The notes under the pieces: model-generated
The model's input: only the letters and a program-made list of their open reading frames with translations
Database searches by the model: none
What the model was told of the DNA's origin: nothing
In this document: positions 25,991-37,639 of the stretch, one piece after another
Position numbering within the stretch: the first letter of the stretch is position 1
How the letters are laid out: each line of letters opens with the position of its first letter
Position numbers and translations under genes: made by a program
Assembly (NCBI GenBank): GCA_963836075.1
Contig: CAWIIB010000001.1
Coordinates: forward strand, 2,144,001-2,208,000
DNA length: 64,000 nucleotides
From: an uncultured Acidobacteriota bacterium
Lineage (GTDB): Bacteria; Acidobacteriota; JAQAZP01
Direction: 5' to 3'

Positions 25991-28495
25991 CTACTGCACC
26001 CGTATCTGGGCCGGAGTCCAGATCGAGGGCAGGTTGCGCATCGCGGGGTCTTTTACGCTGTTGTTGGTGAAGGCCAGCACCCCGGCCCCGGGGGCCAGCG
26101 CCTTGAACTGGAAGGTGGCCAGTGTCCCGGCACCCTCAGCCCCGGCGCCCCGGCCGAAACGGGAGAGCCCCACCAGCACCCGGCCGTTGGCGGCCGTGGC
26201 CTGGAATGTGGTGCTCGTCCCGTCGGCGTTCATGAATGTTCCTTCCGCGGCACCGACGAATTCCACCAGCTGCGGGTCATAGATGATGTAGAACGGGGCG
26301 TGAGCCACGTTCCAGGCGTTCTCGATGTTCACCGCCAGCGGGAACACCGACCCGGATACCGTATCCACCGACCCGGGGACAAAGGAGACCCGCACCGGCC
26401 CGCGCGGCGGGTCGCCGCCCCCTAACCGATCGGCTTCGTCGCTCTCGCCGCCACTTCCCCGGTCACCGGAGTTCTCACCCTGGTCGTCCCCGCCGGTACG
26501 GTCGCCCCCTCTTCCACCGGCACCGCCGGCAAAGGGATCATCGTCCGGGGAAGACTCGCCGGCCCAGTCGGTTTCCTGCGCCTCCCAGCCTTCCACCGAT
26601 CCGGTCTCCAGGTCGGAAGCGGCCCCGGTGGACGAACTGTCGGGCTCGGTGGTCCCCGCGGCGCCACCGGTTTCCTCTTCCTCCTCACCCGCTTCTTCAC
26701 CGGCCTCCGCCTCTTCCTCATCATCGTGGCCGTAGAGATTGGTCATCTGGGCCTTGAACGGCTCCTTGTCCACCATGCCGAGGTAGATCGACTCCAGATC
26801 CTCCTCGATGATGTTCGGGATGCGCACGATGTGCGGGGTGATGGTGAGGATGATGTCGTCTTCCTTGTCGTCGGTCTGGTTCTTCCCCAGGATCCTCTTC
26901 AGGAAGGGGATATCGCTGATTCCGGGAACCCCGGTGTTCGACTCGGAGGACGTTTCCTTGAACAGGCCGGCCAGCAGGCTGGTCTGGCCGTCCTTGAGCC
27001 GGATCACGGTGTTGATCTCCCGGTTGCCGATGGTCGGCTGACCCGACGAGGTAACCGCGCCGATGGAACTGACTTCCACCTTCAGCTCCAGCGACACCTC
27101 GCGGTTGTGGTGCACCCGCGGGGTGACCTCGATCTGGATACCCACGTTCTGGTAGGTGTAGGAAGTGACCGGGATCACGTTGCCCGACTGGTCGGTCTGG
27201 GTGAAGTTGAAGGTGGTGGTGGGGATCGGCACCTTGTCGCCGATGTGAATCTTGGCCGTCTCCCCCTCGGCCACCCGCAGCTGCGGCCGGGCCAGGTAGC
27301 GGGTGTCGCTGTCGGTCTTGAGGAAGTTGTAGATCACGGAAGGCAGGGTCAGGACCCAGTCGGTGGAATCGAGGTAGCGCAGGTCGTTGACCGTCCCGGT
27401 CCACACCCCGTCGGTGGATCCCTGGAGCGACTGGGTGATGCTGTACTGGGTCAGCTCGATGCCCAGGGTCTGGACCCGCTGGCGGTTGACCTCCAGCAGT
27501 TCGATGCCCACCACCACCTCCGACTTGCTCTTGTCGTTGGACTCGATGATCCGGCTGGCCAGCGCCACCTTGCTCGGCGTGTCCATGATGGTGATGGCGT
27601 TCAGTTCCGGGTTGACCGCAATGGTCCGGGTCTTGGAGAGGATGGTGCGCAGCAGGGTCTGCACATCCTTGATGTCGGCACTGGAGAGGTAGAAGGTCTT
27701 GATCACCTGGTCTTCGTACTCTTTCCGCTTGGCCTGGTTGTCGGGGACGATGAGGATCGTGGTTTCGTCGATCACCTTGATGAAGTGCCCGTTGGCCAGG
27801 GAAAGAATGTTGAGGATGTCCTCGAAAGTAACCCCGGTGACGTCGATACTGAAATCCTGGTCCTGGATCTGCTTGTCGAAGATGATATTGATCCCGCCCA
27901 CTTTGCCCAGTTGCTCGTAGATGGTCCGGATCGACGTATCCTTGTAATAGAACGATATCTTTGCATCACTCATCGGGTCCAGCCGGGGCGGCTCGATGAT
28001 AACGGCATCAGCCTTCATCTGCTCGAACTCGGTCTTGTCGCCCCTCATTGACACACGCTGTTCTTCTATCTTCCTCATCACCCTGTCCAGTTCGTCGATG
28101 GCGAACTGGTTCGAAGGGTCGAACATGATGGTTTTGTTGAAGAAGATCGCCGCATCCTCGTACAGGCCGGTGTTGGCGTACTCCTGCCCGCGCGTGAAAA
28201 ACTCCTGCGAGGCGTCCAGACGTGTCCGCTCCAGGGCGATCTTGTAGCGTGGATTCCCCGGGGCCTGTTCCACGGCGTCGGTGAAAAGCTGCACCGCCGT
28301 CTCCCACTGGCCAAGCTTTACCGCCTGATTGCCCTTGTCAAAGGACTTGCGGGCCGAGCAACCCATCACCAGGAGCAGCATGACCAGCACAACCGCCAGA
28401 CCGGTGACCCGGAAGGCAGGTCCGCCTCGAGCTTTTCTGTTAAGGTTCAAGATTCCACCCTTTCCAAAACGGTTTGCCGGTTCAGGTCGGTTCAC
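25991..28495 (-). CDS. Secretin (GspD/PilQ family): lipoprotein with TPR N-terminus and C-terminal cohesin-like domain
   Basis: Lipobox 'LLLVMGC'; TPR helices; N domains; 'LARPQLRV...IHIGDKVPI', 'NVGIQIEVTPRVH', 'GVPGISDIPFL', 'ITPHIVR'; acidic linker, then 'YDPQLVEFVGAAEGTF...GAGTLATFQFKALAPG'. Start may be TTG 28450. Confidence 0.9.
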   Translation of the reverse strand: MNRPEPANRFGKGGILNLNRKARGGPAFRVTGLAVVLVMLLLVMGCSARKSFDKGNQAVKLGQWETAVQLFTDAVEQAPGNPRYKIALERTRLDASQEFFTRGQEYANTGLYEDAAIFFNKTIMFDPSNQFAIDELDRVMRKIEEQRVSMRGDKTEFEQMKADAVIIEPPRLDPMSDAKISFYYKDTSIRTIYEQLGKVGGINIIFDKQIQDQDFSIDVTGVTFEDILNILSLANGHFIKVIDETTILIVPDNQAKRKEYEDQVIKTFYLSSADIKDVQTLLRTILSKTRTIAVNPELNAITIMDTPSKVALASRIIESNDKSKSEVVVGIELLEVNRQRVQTLGIELTQYSITQSLQGSTDGVWTGTVNDLRYLDSTDWVLTLPSVIYNFLKTDSDTRYLARPQLRVAEGETAKIHIGDKVPIPTTTFNFTQTDQSGNVIPVTSYTYQNVGIQIEVTPRVHHNREVSLELKVEVSSIGAVTSSGQPTIGNREINTVIRLKDGQTSLLAGLFKETSSESNTGVPGISDIPFLKRILGKNQTDDKEDDIILTITPHIVRIPNIIEEDLESIYLGMVDKEPFKAQMTNLYGHDDEEEAEAGEEAGEEEEETGGAAGTTEPDSSSTGAASDLETGSVEGWEAQETDWAGESSPDDDPFAGGAGGRGGDRTGGDDQGENSGDRGSGGESDEADRLGGGDPPRGPVRVSFVPGSVDTVSGSVFPLAVNIENAWNVAHAPFYIIYDPQLVEFVGAAEGTFMNADGTSTTFQATAANGRVLVGLSRFGRGAGAEGAGTLATFQFKALAPGAGVLAFTNNSVKDPAMRNLPSIWTPAQIRVQ

Positions 28496-28512
28496 CGCCG
28501 GCCCGTCTACGC

Positions 28513-29187
28513 CTACTCCTCATCCTCCTCGGACCACTCGGCGAGAATGATCCGCTCGGACTGGCCTTCGAACAACGGGTCAGTGTAGCCGATATCCACG
28601 TATTCGTATCCAATCTCCAGAATCCGAAACTGTCCGGCGATGGCTTCGCCCACGCCGCCGATATAGTTTTCCTCGGCCTCCTCATCAATGAGAAAGACCG
28701 TCTTCTCCGCCGGCGGCCCGATGAATCCCACAAACTTGAGACTCATCTCGGGCGGATCGGGGAGAACCACCAGTTTTTCCCCCGGGGTCTCCACCACTTC
28801 CGGCACCGTCTCCTCCGGCGGCTTGACCACCCCGCTGGCCGGACCGCCAAACGGGTTGTTGCCCCCCTCCGTACCACCGGAGGTGGATCTGGTATTTCGC
28901 GGCGGCCGGTTGCTGCCGAAAGCGAACAGGTTGCGGTTGTTCTCGAAGGCGTCAGGTGCCACGTCCAGCAGGGCCAGATCGATGGGCGGCACACGGAGCA
29001 GGCTGTCGACTTCCGCCCGGGCCTCCGCGGCGGTGAACCGGCTTTCCGGCCCGGTGAACCCGATCCCGCCTTCGCCGCGGAAGAAATAGAACATGGCGAT
29101 CACACCGATGACTCCAGCCAGCACCACCAGGGTGACCTCCCGCTGGTTCAGCTTCCGAATCCGGCTGATGCTCAGGTCAAACGCCAT
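28513..29187 (-). CDS. Bitopic membrane protein, PilP/GspC-position component
   Basis: One TM helix; 'RNLFAF'; Pro-rich linker; C-terminal 'LKFVGFIG...VFL...GVGEAIAGQFRILEI' beta domain; lies between PilO and the secretin. Confidence 0.7.
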   Translation of the reverse strand: MAFDLSISRIRKLNQREVTLVVLAGVIGVIAMFYFFRGEGGIGFTGPESRFTAAEARAEVDSLLRVPPIDLALLDVAPDAFENNRNLFAFGSNRPPRNTRSTSGGTEGGNNPFGGPASGVVKPPEETVPEVVETPGEKLVVLPDPPEMSLKFVGFIGPPAEKTVFLIDEEAEENYIGGVGEAIAGQFRILEIGYEYVDIGYTDPLFEGQSERIILAEWSEEDEE

Positions 29188-29204
29188 CCGATCGTCTCCA
29201 GGGT

Positions 29205-29831
29205 TCAGCCCCGCCGCCGCCGTTTCATCAACTTGTCCAGGCTGTCCACGGAACAGAAATAGGTGGACAGGTCGAAACTGAGCTGCAGCAGCCGGCCGGT
29301 GTCGTCAGAGGTGCGCAGCGTGATCCGGTCGATGACCAGAAAATTCTCCGAAGTCTCGATCTCGCCGATAAAGTTGCCCACGTCCTCGAACTGCCCGCGC
29401 AGGGGGAACCGGATTTTAAACTCGTAGACCCCCATGTCAACGTATTCCTGGGCCGGGTAATTCCGCTTGGTCAGATTGACGTTGAACTTTTTGGCCAGCC
29501 TCGAGATCTCGTCGCGGACGGGATTCATCCGCTCCTCCAGGGTGGAGAGGACATCGAAGTAAAAGGTGTCCAGGTTGAGCCGGGTCTGGTCCAGGGCGTC
29601 CTTGTCCCCCTGCACCGCCACCAGGCGGCGCAGGCTGATCGCCTGATCGCGCTGGATCACTTCCAGCCGCTCTTCCCTCTCGCGCAGCCCCTTCTTTCCG
29701 GGGTGGATCACCAGCCCGTAAAAGATGAGATTGACCACCAGAAAAATCAGAAATCCGGTCAGGATTTTCGGGTGGAGGTCACGGCGGTCCAGATGGTCCT
29801 CGCCATTGCCGACTTTTTTCGTTTCGTCCAT
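29205..29831 (-). CDS. PilO/GspM-like protein
   Basis: TM helix, coiled coil, 'LRGQFEDVGNFIGEIETSENFLVIDRITL...LSTYF'. Confidence 0.8.
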   Translation of the reverse strand: MDETKKVGNGEDHLDRRDLHPKILTGFLIFLVVNLIFYGLVIHPGKKGLREREERLEVIQRDQAISLRRLVAVQGDKDALDQTRLNLDTFYFDVLSTLEERMNPVRDEISRLAKKFNVNLTKRNYPAQEYVDMGVYEFKIRFPLRGQFEDVGNFIGEIETSENFLVIDRITLRTSDDTGRLLQLSFDLSTYFCSVDSLDKLMKRRRRG

Positions 29832-30853
29832 CAGGAACCACCTCCCGGCTGCTGTCCCGGAGGACGCACCCGGTTCCGCTTTTCCCCGGGCTTCCGGGGC
29901 GGCCTCTTGATCAGGTCGCCGGTGCTTTTCTTCTTGGTTGTTCCGGTTTCCGGGGGCGGGGCCCTCACCGGTGCCGGAGGCGTCTCAGGAGACGTCAAGC
30001 CCTCTCCTCCGAAACCGCCCGGTTCACCGAACATGTCGTCGCTGCCGGCAAAAGGATCATCCCCCCCGATGGCAAAGGGGTCGGCGACCGTATCATCGGG
30101 GGCGGACCAGGTCTCGGGGACTTCGTCGTCGGCCGCTGCGGGGTCGGGAAGCCGGGCCAGGCTGACCGCCTCGGCCAGACTGCCCGGTTCGGGCGCCGCC
30201 GCACGGCCCTGCTCCCCCTCCGGAACCAGGGCCGCCTCAATCTCGCCGGCGGGCCGCCGGTCGCCGGAGAACTCCAGCGGGGAATACTCCATGGTCAGCG
30301 GGAAGGAGATGGTGCTCCCTTCCCGGTCCTCCGAGGTGATCAGCACCCGGTCAAAATCATCAATGCCCTCGAGGTTCTCGATGAACTCGTTCACCGCTTC
30401 TTCCTTGCGGGCAATGCAGGCCAGCATGATCCGGATACTGTTCTGCTGCACCCGCGGTGTGATCGATTCGATTTTCACGTCGGCGGGGATCGCCTCCTGC
30501 AGCAGGTTGAGCATCCGGATCCAGGAAAACCTCCGCTGGCGAATCCGGCCGTCCACAAAGCTGACCACCTCGCGAAAACGCCGGTTGCGCTGGATCGCAT
30601 CGATTTCATCAGCCAGCACCGTGGCCTGACGGATGTTGTTGTCCACCTCGGACTGCAGGTCAGTGATCTCCTGTTCCATCAGCCGCACGTCGCCATGGTT
30701 GCTGAAGAACCAGAGCGCGTTGTGGGCCATCAGCAACAGGCCGGCCAGGCCGATCACCACATACCCCAGGTGGTAGATGGTGTAGTTGACAAACGGCCTG
30801 CTGGACAGGTTGATCTGCAGTTTGGTCATCATGCTCCGCCGGGGGCCTCCCAC
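29831..30853 (-). CDS. PilN-domain protein with long disordered C-terminus
   Basis: 'INLSSRPF', TM helix, coiled coil, 'SWIRMLNLLQEAIPADVKIESITP', 'FIENLE...FDRV'; true start probably ATG ~30832. Confidence 0.82.
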   Translation of the reverse strand: MGGPRRSMMTKLQINLSSRPFVNYTIYHLGYVVIGLAGLLLMAHNALWFFSNHGDVRLMEQEITDLQSEVDNNIRQATVLADEIDAIQRNRRFREVVSFVDGRIRQRRFSWIRMLNLLQEAIPADVKIESITPRVQQNSIRIMLACIARKEEAVNEFIENLEGIDDFDRVLITSEDREGSTISFPLTMEYSPLEFSGDRRPAGEIEAALVPEGEQGRAAAPEPGSLAEAVSLARLPDPAAADDEVPETWSAPDDTVADPFAIGGDDPFAGSDDMFGEPGGFGGEGLTSPETPPAPVRAPPPETGTTKKKSTGDLIKRPPRKPGEKRNRVRPPGQQPGGGS

Positions 30854-30882
30854 CCGCCATCCGGTTCAGTTCGCTTCCGCCG

Positions 30883-31868
30883 TCATCTCCCCACAGCCGC
30901 CCCGATGGCCGGGGCCAGCCGCTGCAGCACACCCGGCTCCAGGGCCAGGCCGGTCCGTACGGGAACCTCCGCCGCCGGATCGAGCACCTCCACCGGCACC
31001 TCCATCTCGGCTTCCAGCTGGTCACGCAACCCGAGGATGTGAAACCCGGTACCGCGGACCAGTACCCGGCTCAGCCCGGACCGCTCCAACTTCTCCTGGT
31101 AGTACAGGATCGAGGTTCTGATCTCGCGCAGAGCGCGCTCGTAATCGTATTCGTCGTTCCCCGAGGACAGGCCCAGGGCCTTGGCCCGGTAGAGGATCGG
31201 CACGCCCCCGTGAAGCATCACCAGGGACAGGTCGTCGTCCTCGCAGTTGACCAGCAGGCAGTCCCCCGGCCCCCCGGACTCGTTGACGATCTTGCTCTGA
31301 AAGAGGTTGTACAGGTTATTGGTGGAGATGTCCACCAGACCGGGGTTCAGCCCCGCGCCGCTGAAACAGCGCTCGTATTGCCGCAGCACGGGGGTGCGCA
31401 CAATGGTCACCAGGACGCGGATCACGTGATCGTCATCGGCGCTGCCTGCGGGGCGGCCGAACCGGTGGTAGCTCACCCGCCCCTCCTCGATGGGGAAAGG
31501 AGTGACCTTCTTCAACTGCCAGGTAATCAGGCGGCCCATCTCCTTGCGGTTCCGTGGGGCCGATTCCATTTCCAGGACCGAGACCTTGGTGGTGCTGTCC
31601 GCCAGGACCACCGACACCCGGTTCGATTTTCTATCCCCGGCCCTCACCGCCGACCGGCGAATCATTTCGGTGAGATAGGATTCCCGGACCACGTTTTCCT
31701 CGACCATGGAGATGGAGATCTCGCCCTCGTCCAGCGGGGTGACGGAGAAGTCCTCCAGGCGCAGCTCGTTCTTCTCCCGGGCCAGGCGGACCATGGTCAG
31801 CGTGGTACTGGAAACCTCGAAGGAGACCAGCGGGTATTCCGGTTTAAAAAAACGCATGGCTGCGGTCC

Positions 31869-31872
<4 letters not shown>
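30883..31872 (-). CDS. PilM-like actin-fold assembly protein
   Basis: 'LRQYERCFSGAGLNPGLVD', 'REIRTSILYYQ', 'APAIGAA'; position between PilB and PilN. Confidence 0.8.
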
Positions 31873-33551
<1,679 letters not shown>

Positions 33552-33573
33552 CGTCTCTCTCCTCCGCCCCGCT

Positions 33574-34803
33574 TCAGCTGTGGACGGCGTTAATCGCCTC
33601 GAACAGGGGAAGATACATCGCCAGGAGCATCCCGGCAATCACCAGCCCCATGGTGATCAGCAGGGCCGGCTCGAGCATGGAAATCAGCACGGTGATGGAG
33701 TTGTCCACCTCTTCGTCATAGAAATCCGCGATGTTGCCCAGCATCTCGGTCAGCGCACCGGACGTCTCGCCCACCTTCACCATCTCCACGGTCATCCCGG
33801 TGAACAGCCCGGTCCGTTCCAGGCTGTCGGCCAGGCTCTGGCCTTCGTTGATCTGCTGCACAACCTTGCCAACCTCGCGGGAGAGCAAGCGGTTGCCGAT
33901 GGCCTTGGCCGCCACTTCCAGGGAGAGCAGCAGGGGGATGCCGCCGCCCAGCAGGGTGGACAGGGTCCGGCACATCTGGGAGATGGAATACTTCTGCATC
34001 AGCGGGCCGAGCACCGGTATCCGCATCTTGGCCCGGTCGAGGGCAATGCCGCCGGTGGCTGTCCGCTCGTAGAGCTTGATGCCGATGAAGGCCAGCACCG
34101 CTGCCCCCAGAATGTAGAAAATATTGTCCCGGAAAAAGAAGGCAAACCCCATCAGGACCTGGGTCAGCCACGGCAATTCGGCATCAAAATCGGTATAGAA
34201 AGTCTGGAAGTTGGGGATGACGTAGAGGATCATGATCGAGATCAGCACGACCGAAAGTAACACCAGGATGATCGGGTAGACCATGGCCGAGACCACCTTG
34301 CGCCTGATGTTGAGGATGATTTTCAGGTATTCCACGTAGCGCTTGATAACCCCCACCAGGTCGCCGGACCGCTCACCGGCCATCAGCGAGGCGGTGTAGA
34401 CCCGTGAGAACCCGCCCTGGTTTTCAAAGGCCTCGGAAAGCGAGGTCCCGCTCTCCACCTCGTCGCGGATGTTGGTCAGGATGCGCTTGAAGTGCGGGTC
34501 CTGCATCCGTTCGGACAGGATCCCCAACCCGTGGAGTATGGGCAGACCGGCCTTGACCAGGGCAATGAACTCCTGGTTGAAGATCAGGAAGACGTTGGTC
34601 TTGATCTTCTTGCGGGCATGGCCGATCCGCCCCAGGTCGCCGAGCGAGAAGGAGAACATCCCCTTTTTGCGGACGGAGAACACGAAAAAATCGTTGTCCG
34701 CCATCAGCTGGCGGGCCGCGTTCTCGGTCTCGGCCTGACAGACCTTTTCGATCACCCGGCCTTCGCTGGTGCCCAGTTTGCAGATATATTCGTTCACGGC
34801 CAC
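33574..34803 (-). CDS. PilC/GspF inner-membrane platform protein
   Basis: 'LVKAGLPI', 'GERSGDL', 'SAMVYP', 'VGETSGAL', 'LEP...AMYLPLF'. Confidence 0.94.
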   Translation of the reverse strand: MAVNEYICKLGTSEGRVIEKVCQAETENAARQLMADNDFFVFSVRKKGMFSFSLGDLGRIGHARKKIKTNVFLIFNQEFIALVKAGLPILHGLGILSERMQDPHFKRILTNIRDEVESGTSLSEAFENQGGFSRVYTASLMAGERSGDLVGVIKRYVEYLKIILNIRRKVVSAMVYPIILVLLSVVLISIMILYVIPNFQTFYTDFDAELPWLTQVLMGFAFFFRDNIFYILGAAVLAFIGIKLYERTATGGIALDRAKMRIPVLGPLMQKYSISQMCRTLSTLLGGGIPLLLSLEVAAKAIGNRLLSREVGKVVQQINEGQSLADSLERTGLFTGMTVEMVKVGETSGALTEMLGNIADFYDEEVDNSITVLISMLEPALLITMGLVIAGMLLAMYLPLFEAINAVHS

Positions 34804-35663
34804 TCCCGGACCGGCAGGTCACCGGTATCCCGCACAGGCCCCTGACGGGGCGCCGGATCGTCCCTCAAAGTAGCCCGGATGGCCAGGGTGTAATATTCCT
34901 GGCAGCCGGGCTTTCTCATGGTCAACAGGTGCCGGACACCGTTCCCCAGCTTGAGGTCGGTACTGAGGATGGCCGTCCCCTGCTGCCCTGTGGAATCGGC
35001 ACTCCCGCCGCGGCTTCTCGCGAAAACCAGACGGTTTATTTCAATAAGTTCTTTTGTCCGATCAAAATAGCCCACCTGAAACTCTATATTATAGCCCCGG
35101 CCAAGGGGGAATTCAATAAACTGCCCCTCCCGGACCACCAGCGACTTCCGGCCCACCTCCGCATCGCGATTGACCTGTTTCTTCAAGGCTATCCGCTGGT
35201 TGAGGGTGGAGAGTTTGGTGTTGTCGTGGCGGTCGTCGGCTGTGGGTTTCGGGGCCGGCTCCTGGCCGCCGATATAGTTCATCAGGCTCACGTCGAGGGT
35301 GAAATTTCGCGGCACGGAATCGAACCGCTCCAGCAGGGCCTGAATGGCATCCAGACGCTCCGCCGAGTCGCAGAGTTCGATCATTGACTGTCCCGGTTCG
35401 ATACGATACCAACCCTGCCGGCTGAACATGTCGTGGATTCTGGCCGCCACCAGGGCCATCTTCTTGTACTCTATCCGCAGTTGCACTTTCTCCATGCCGA
35501 AGAACGGCTCGCGGGGCGAGATCACCTCGGCGCCGCGGACCGGCAGGGCCAGCAGTGCAAAAAGGACCAGGGCCGCGGCGACACGCCACTGGCCGGGTCC
35601 GGATCGGACTGGTTTGATGTTATTCTTCACCGTTTTTCCATCGCCTCCCCGGCCGCGGACCAC
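34794..35663 (-). CDS. Exported protein with a single secretin-N (NolW-like) domain
   Basis: Signal-like 'VAAALVLFALLALPVRG'; 'LCDSAERLDAIQALLERFDSVPRNFTLDVSL'; start uncertain (possibly GTG 35630). Confidence 0.6.
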   Translation of the reverse strand: MVRGRGGDGKTVKNNIKPVRSGPGQWRVAAALVLFALLALPVRGAEVISPREPFFGMEKVQLRIEYKKMALVAARIHDMFSRQGWYRIEPGQSMIELCDSAERLDAIQALLERFDSVPRNFTLDVSLMNYIGGQEPAPKPTADDRHDNTKLSTLNQRIALKKQVNRDAEVGRKSLVVREGQFIEFPLGRGYNIEFQVGYFDRTKELIEINRLVFARSRGGSADSTGQQGTAILSTDLKLGNGVRHLLTMRKPGCQEYYTLAIRATLRDDPAPRQGPVRDTGDLPVREWP

Positions 35664-36427
35664 TATTCTTCGGGATCCCGCACCGCTTCACAACCAAAGG
35701 GAAACTCTTCGGACTCGAAGGAGACCACCCGCACCTCCTCCCCTTTCCCTCCACCAGCATCCTCGGCAATGACCAGGCTGTACTCGATAATCGATTCCAT
35801 TTGCTCGGCCCGCTGAAGGTCGGAAACCGTGGCCGGCACCACCTCACCCCAGGAGCGGAAGTGGTTGACCTCACCGGAACTCCGCTCGTCGACCCGGGTC
35901 AACCGCAGCGCCCGGACCTCCCCGCTCCGCTCGATGATCCGCGCCGGAAGCGCTTCGGCGATCTGATCGAAATACATCCCCTCCATCAGTCCCTCGGCGT
36001 CGTCCTCCAGCGCTGGGGGAACCACCGTCTCCAGTTGGGCCTGCTGGTCAGGGGGTGCGTCCTGAGGGCCAGCCCCCTGCTGGACAAGGAAGAAGCCCAC
36101 CAGCACCGTGGCCGCCACGGCACTGGCCACCGCGACCCATGGTGCGGGGACCGGCCAGGGGATCAGCCGTCCGGTCCGGCGGCGGGGCTGCTGCTCGATC
36201 TTGCCGGCGATCCCCTCCCAGAATCCCTCCCAGCGTTCCTCGCCTTCCATCTCGCGTGCAGCCAGCGGGACGAACATCTTCAACGGGTCAACAGCCTCGG
36301 CCCGCTGCCGGCAGTCCGGACAGTCCGCCAGGTGGGCGATCATCGACCGGAGTTCAGACCCCTCCAGTTCGTCCCCCAGGTAGGCGTCCAACCGCTGTTT
36401 CACCTCTGTACAGTTCATCTGCCTCAT
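35663..36427 (-). CDS. zf-HC2 anti-sigma factor
   Basis: 'CTEVKQRLDAYLGDEL...HLADCPDC' followed by one TM helix; directly downstream of an ECF sigma. Confidence 0.85.
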   Translation of the reverse strand: MRQMNCTEVKQRLDAYLGDELEGSELRSMIAHLADCPDCRQRAEAVDPLKMFVPLAAREMEGEERWEGFWEGIAGKIEQQPRRRTGRLIPWPVPAPWVAVASAVAATVLVGFFLVQQGAGPQDAPPDQQAQLETVVPPALEDDAEGLMEGMYFDQIAEALPARIIERSGEVRALRLTRVDERSSGEVNHFRSWGEVVPATVSDLQRAEQMESIIEYSLVIAEDAGGGKGEEVRVVSFESEEFPFGCEAVRDPEE

Positions 36428-36436
36428 CTCAACGCC

Positions 36437-37051
36437 TCACCGCGTACTGCCTTCCCCGCCCGCCGGACCCGGCTCCCGGGGCAGGTATTCGGGGAAGTGG
36501 CGTTTCAATTTCTCCCTGAGCACCGTCCTCGCCTGGAACATGTGGTTGCGCACGGTCGATTCCCGGCAGCCCACGATTCCCGCGATCTCCTTCATGCTCA
36601 GCCCCTGGAATTCACGAAGAACAAAAATGCTCCGCTGCCGCTCGGTCAGGTAGCGGGCCAGCGTGTTGAATACCCGTTGCGTCTCTCCGGTCTGCAGCGC
36701 CTGGTCCTGGTCCGGCAGGACCGACGGCCTCGCGTCGGCCCGCGTCCCCGGCTGGGTCTCGTCGAACTCGTCGGTGATCGACTGTTTCCGGCCCTGCCGG
36801 CGGAGGAAATCGATGGCCAGCCGGACGGTGATGGTGTGCACCCAGGTGTTGAACGCATATTTCTCATCATACTTGTCCAGGGACCGCCAGATCCGGAGGA
36901 AGACATTCTGGGAAATATCCCGGGCATCCTCCTCCCGGCCCACAACCTGGTAGGCGACCCAGAAGACCTTGTCCCGCTTGAGACGGACCAGTTCCTCGAA
37001 GGCGTCCTGGTCACCAGCCCGGGCCAGTCGAATGACCTGCAGTTCGTCCAT
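36437..37051 (-). CDS. ECF RNA polymerase sigma factor
   Basis: 'GDQDAFEELV', 'DARDISQNVFLRIW', 'FNTWVHTI', 'GLSMKEIA...TVRNHMFQAR'. Confidence 0.93.
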   Translation of the reverse strand: MDELQVIRLARAGDQDAFEELVRLKRDKVFWVAYQVVGREEDARDISQNVFLRIWRSLDKYDEKYAFNTWVHTITVRLAIDFLRRQGRKQSITDEFDETQPGTRADARPSVLPDQDQALQTGETQRVFNTLARYLTERQRSIFVLREFQGLSMKEIAGIVGCRESTVRNHMFQARTVLREKLKRHFPEYLPREPGPAGGEGSTR

Positions 37052-37126
37052 CTATCCCGCGGGTGATGACCTGGCCACCATCCCTTCCCTCTCAAACAGT
37101 GAATACGGTCATTGTGAGCGTTCCGT

Positions 37127-37630
37127 CTACCTTGGAGACCGTTCCGTCCCGCTGCCGGAGATTGGCCCTCGACGACGAAAACGGGTGATCAGCCGGAGCG
37201 CCGCCGGATAGGATACCACCGCGGCCAGGGCGCCGGTGATGGTGGTGCCCAGAACCAGCCGTGGAAACCATCCGGACAGGTGCCGGGCCGAAGCCCGCCA
37301 GAATTCCAGCGAGGCGGCCTGGTCCCAGCCCGGGTTCGGAAACGGTTCGCTGCCCGCACCGAGAATCAGGGTACCCAGAGCGAAGCTCGGCGGGTAGATG
37401 ATGACCAGGGTCCAGGGATTGTTGACCAGCGTCCCCAGCAGCGTGGCCGCCCTGCTCAGGCGGCAGGCAAAGGCCAGCGCCAGCGCCAGCACCCAGTGCG
37501 CCCCCAGGAAGGGCGAGAACGCGATAAAGACACCGAGGGCAAAGGCCAGTGCCGTCCGCCGGGGCGTGTCGTCCACCAGGGCCACTTTCCTCACCAAGGA
37601 GAGGAGGGCCCGCCTGGCGCTGCTGGTCAT
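37127..37630 (-). CDS. DUF2062-family membrane protein
   Basis: 'DTPRRTALAFALGVFIAFSPFLGAH', 'NNPWT'. Confidence 0.8.
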   Translation of the reverse strand: MTSSARRALLSLVRKVALVDDTPRRTALAFALGVFIAFSPFLGAHWVLALALAFACRLSRAATLLGTLVNNPWTLVIIYPPSFALGTLILGAGSEPFPNPGWDQAASLEFWRASARHLSGWFPRLVLGTTITGALAAVVSYPAALRLITRFRRRGPISGSGTERSPR

Positions 37631-37639
37631 CGATATGGC

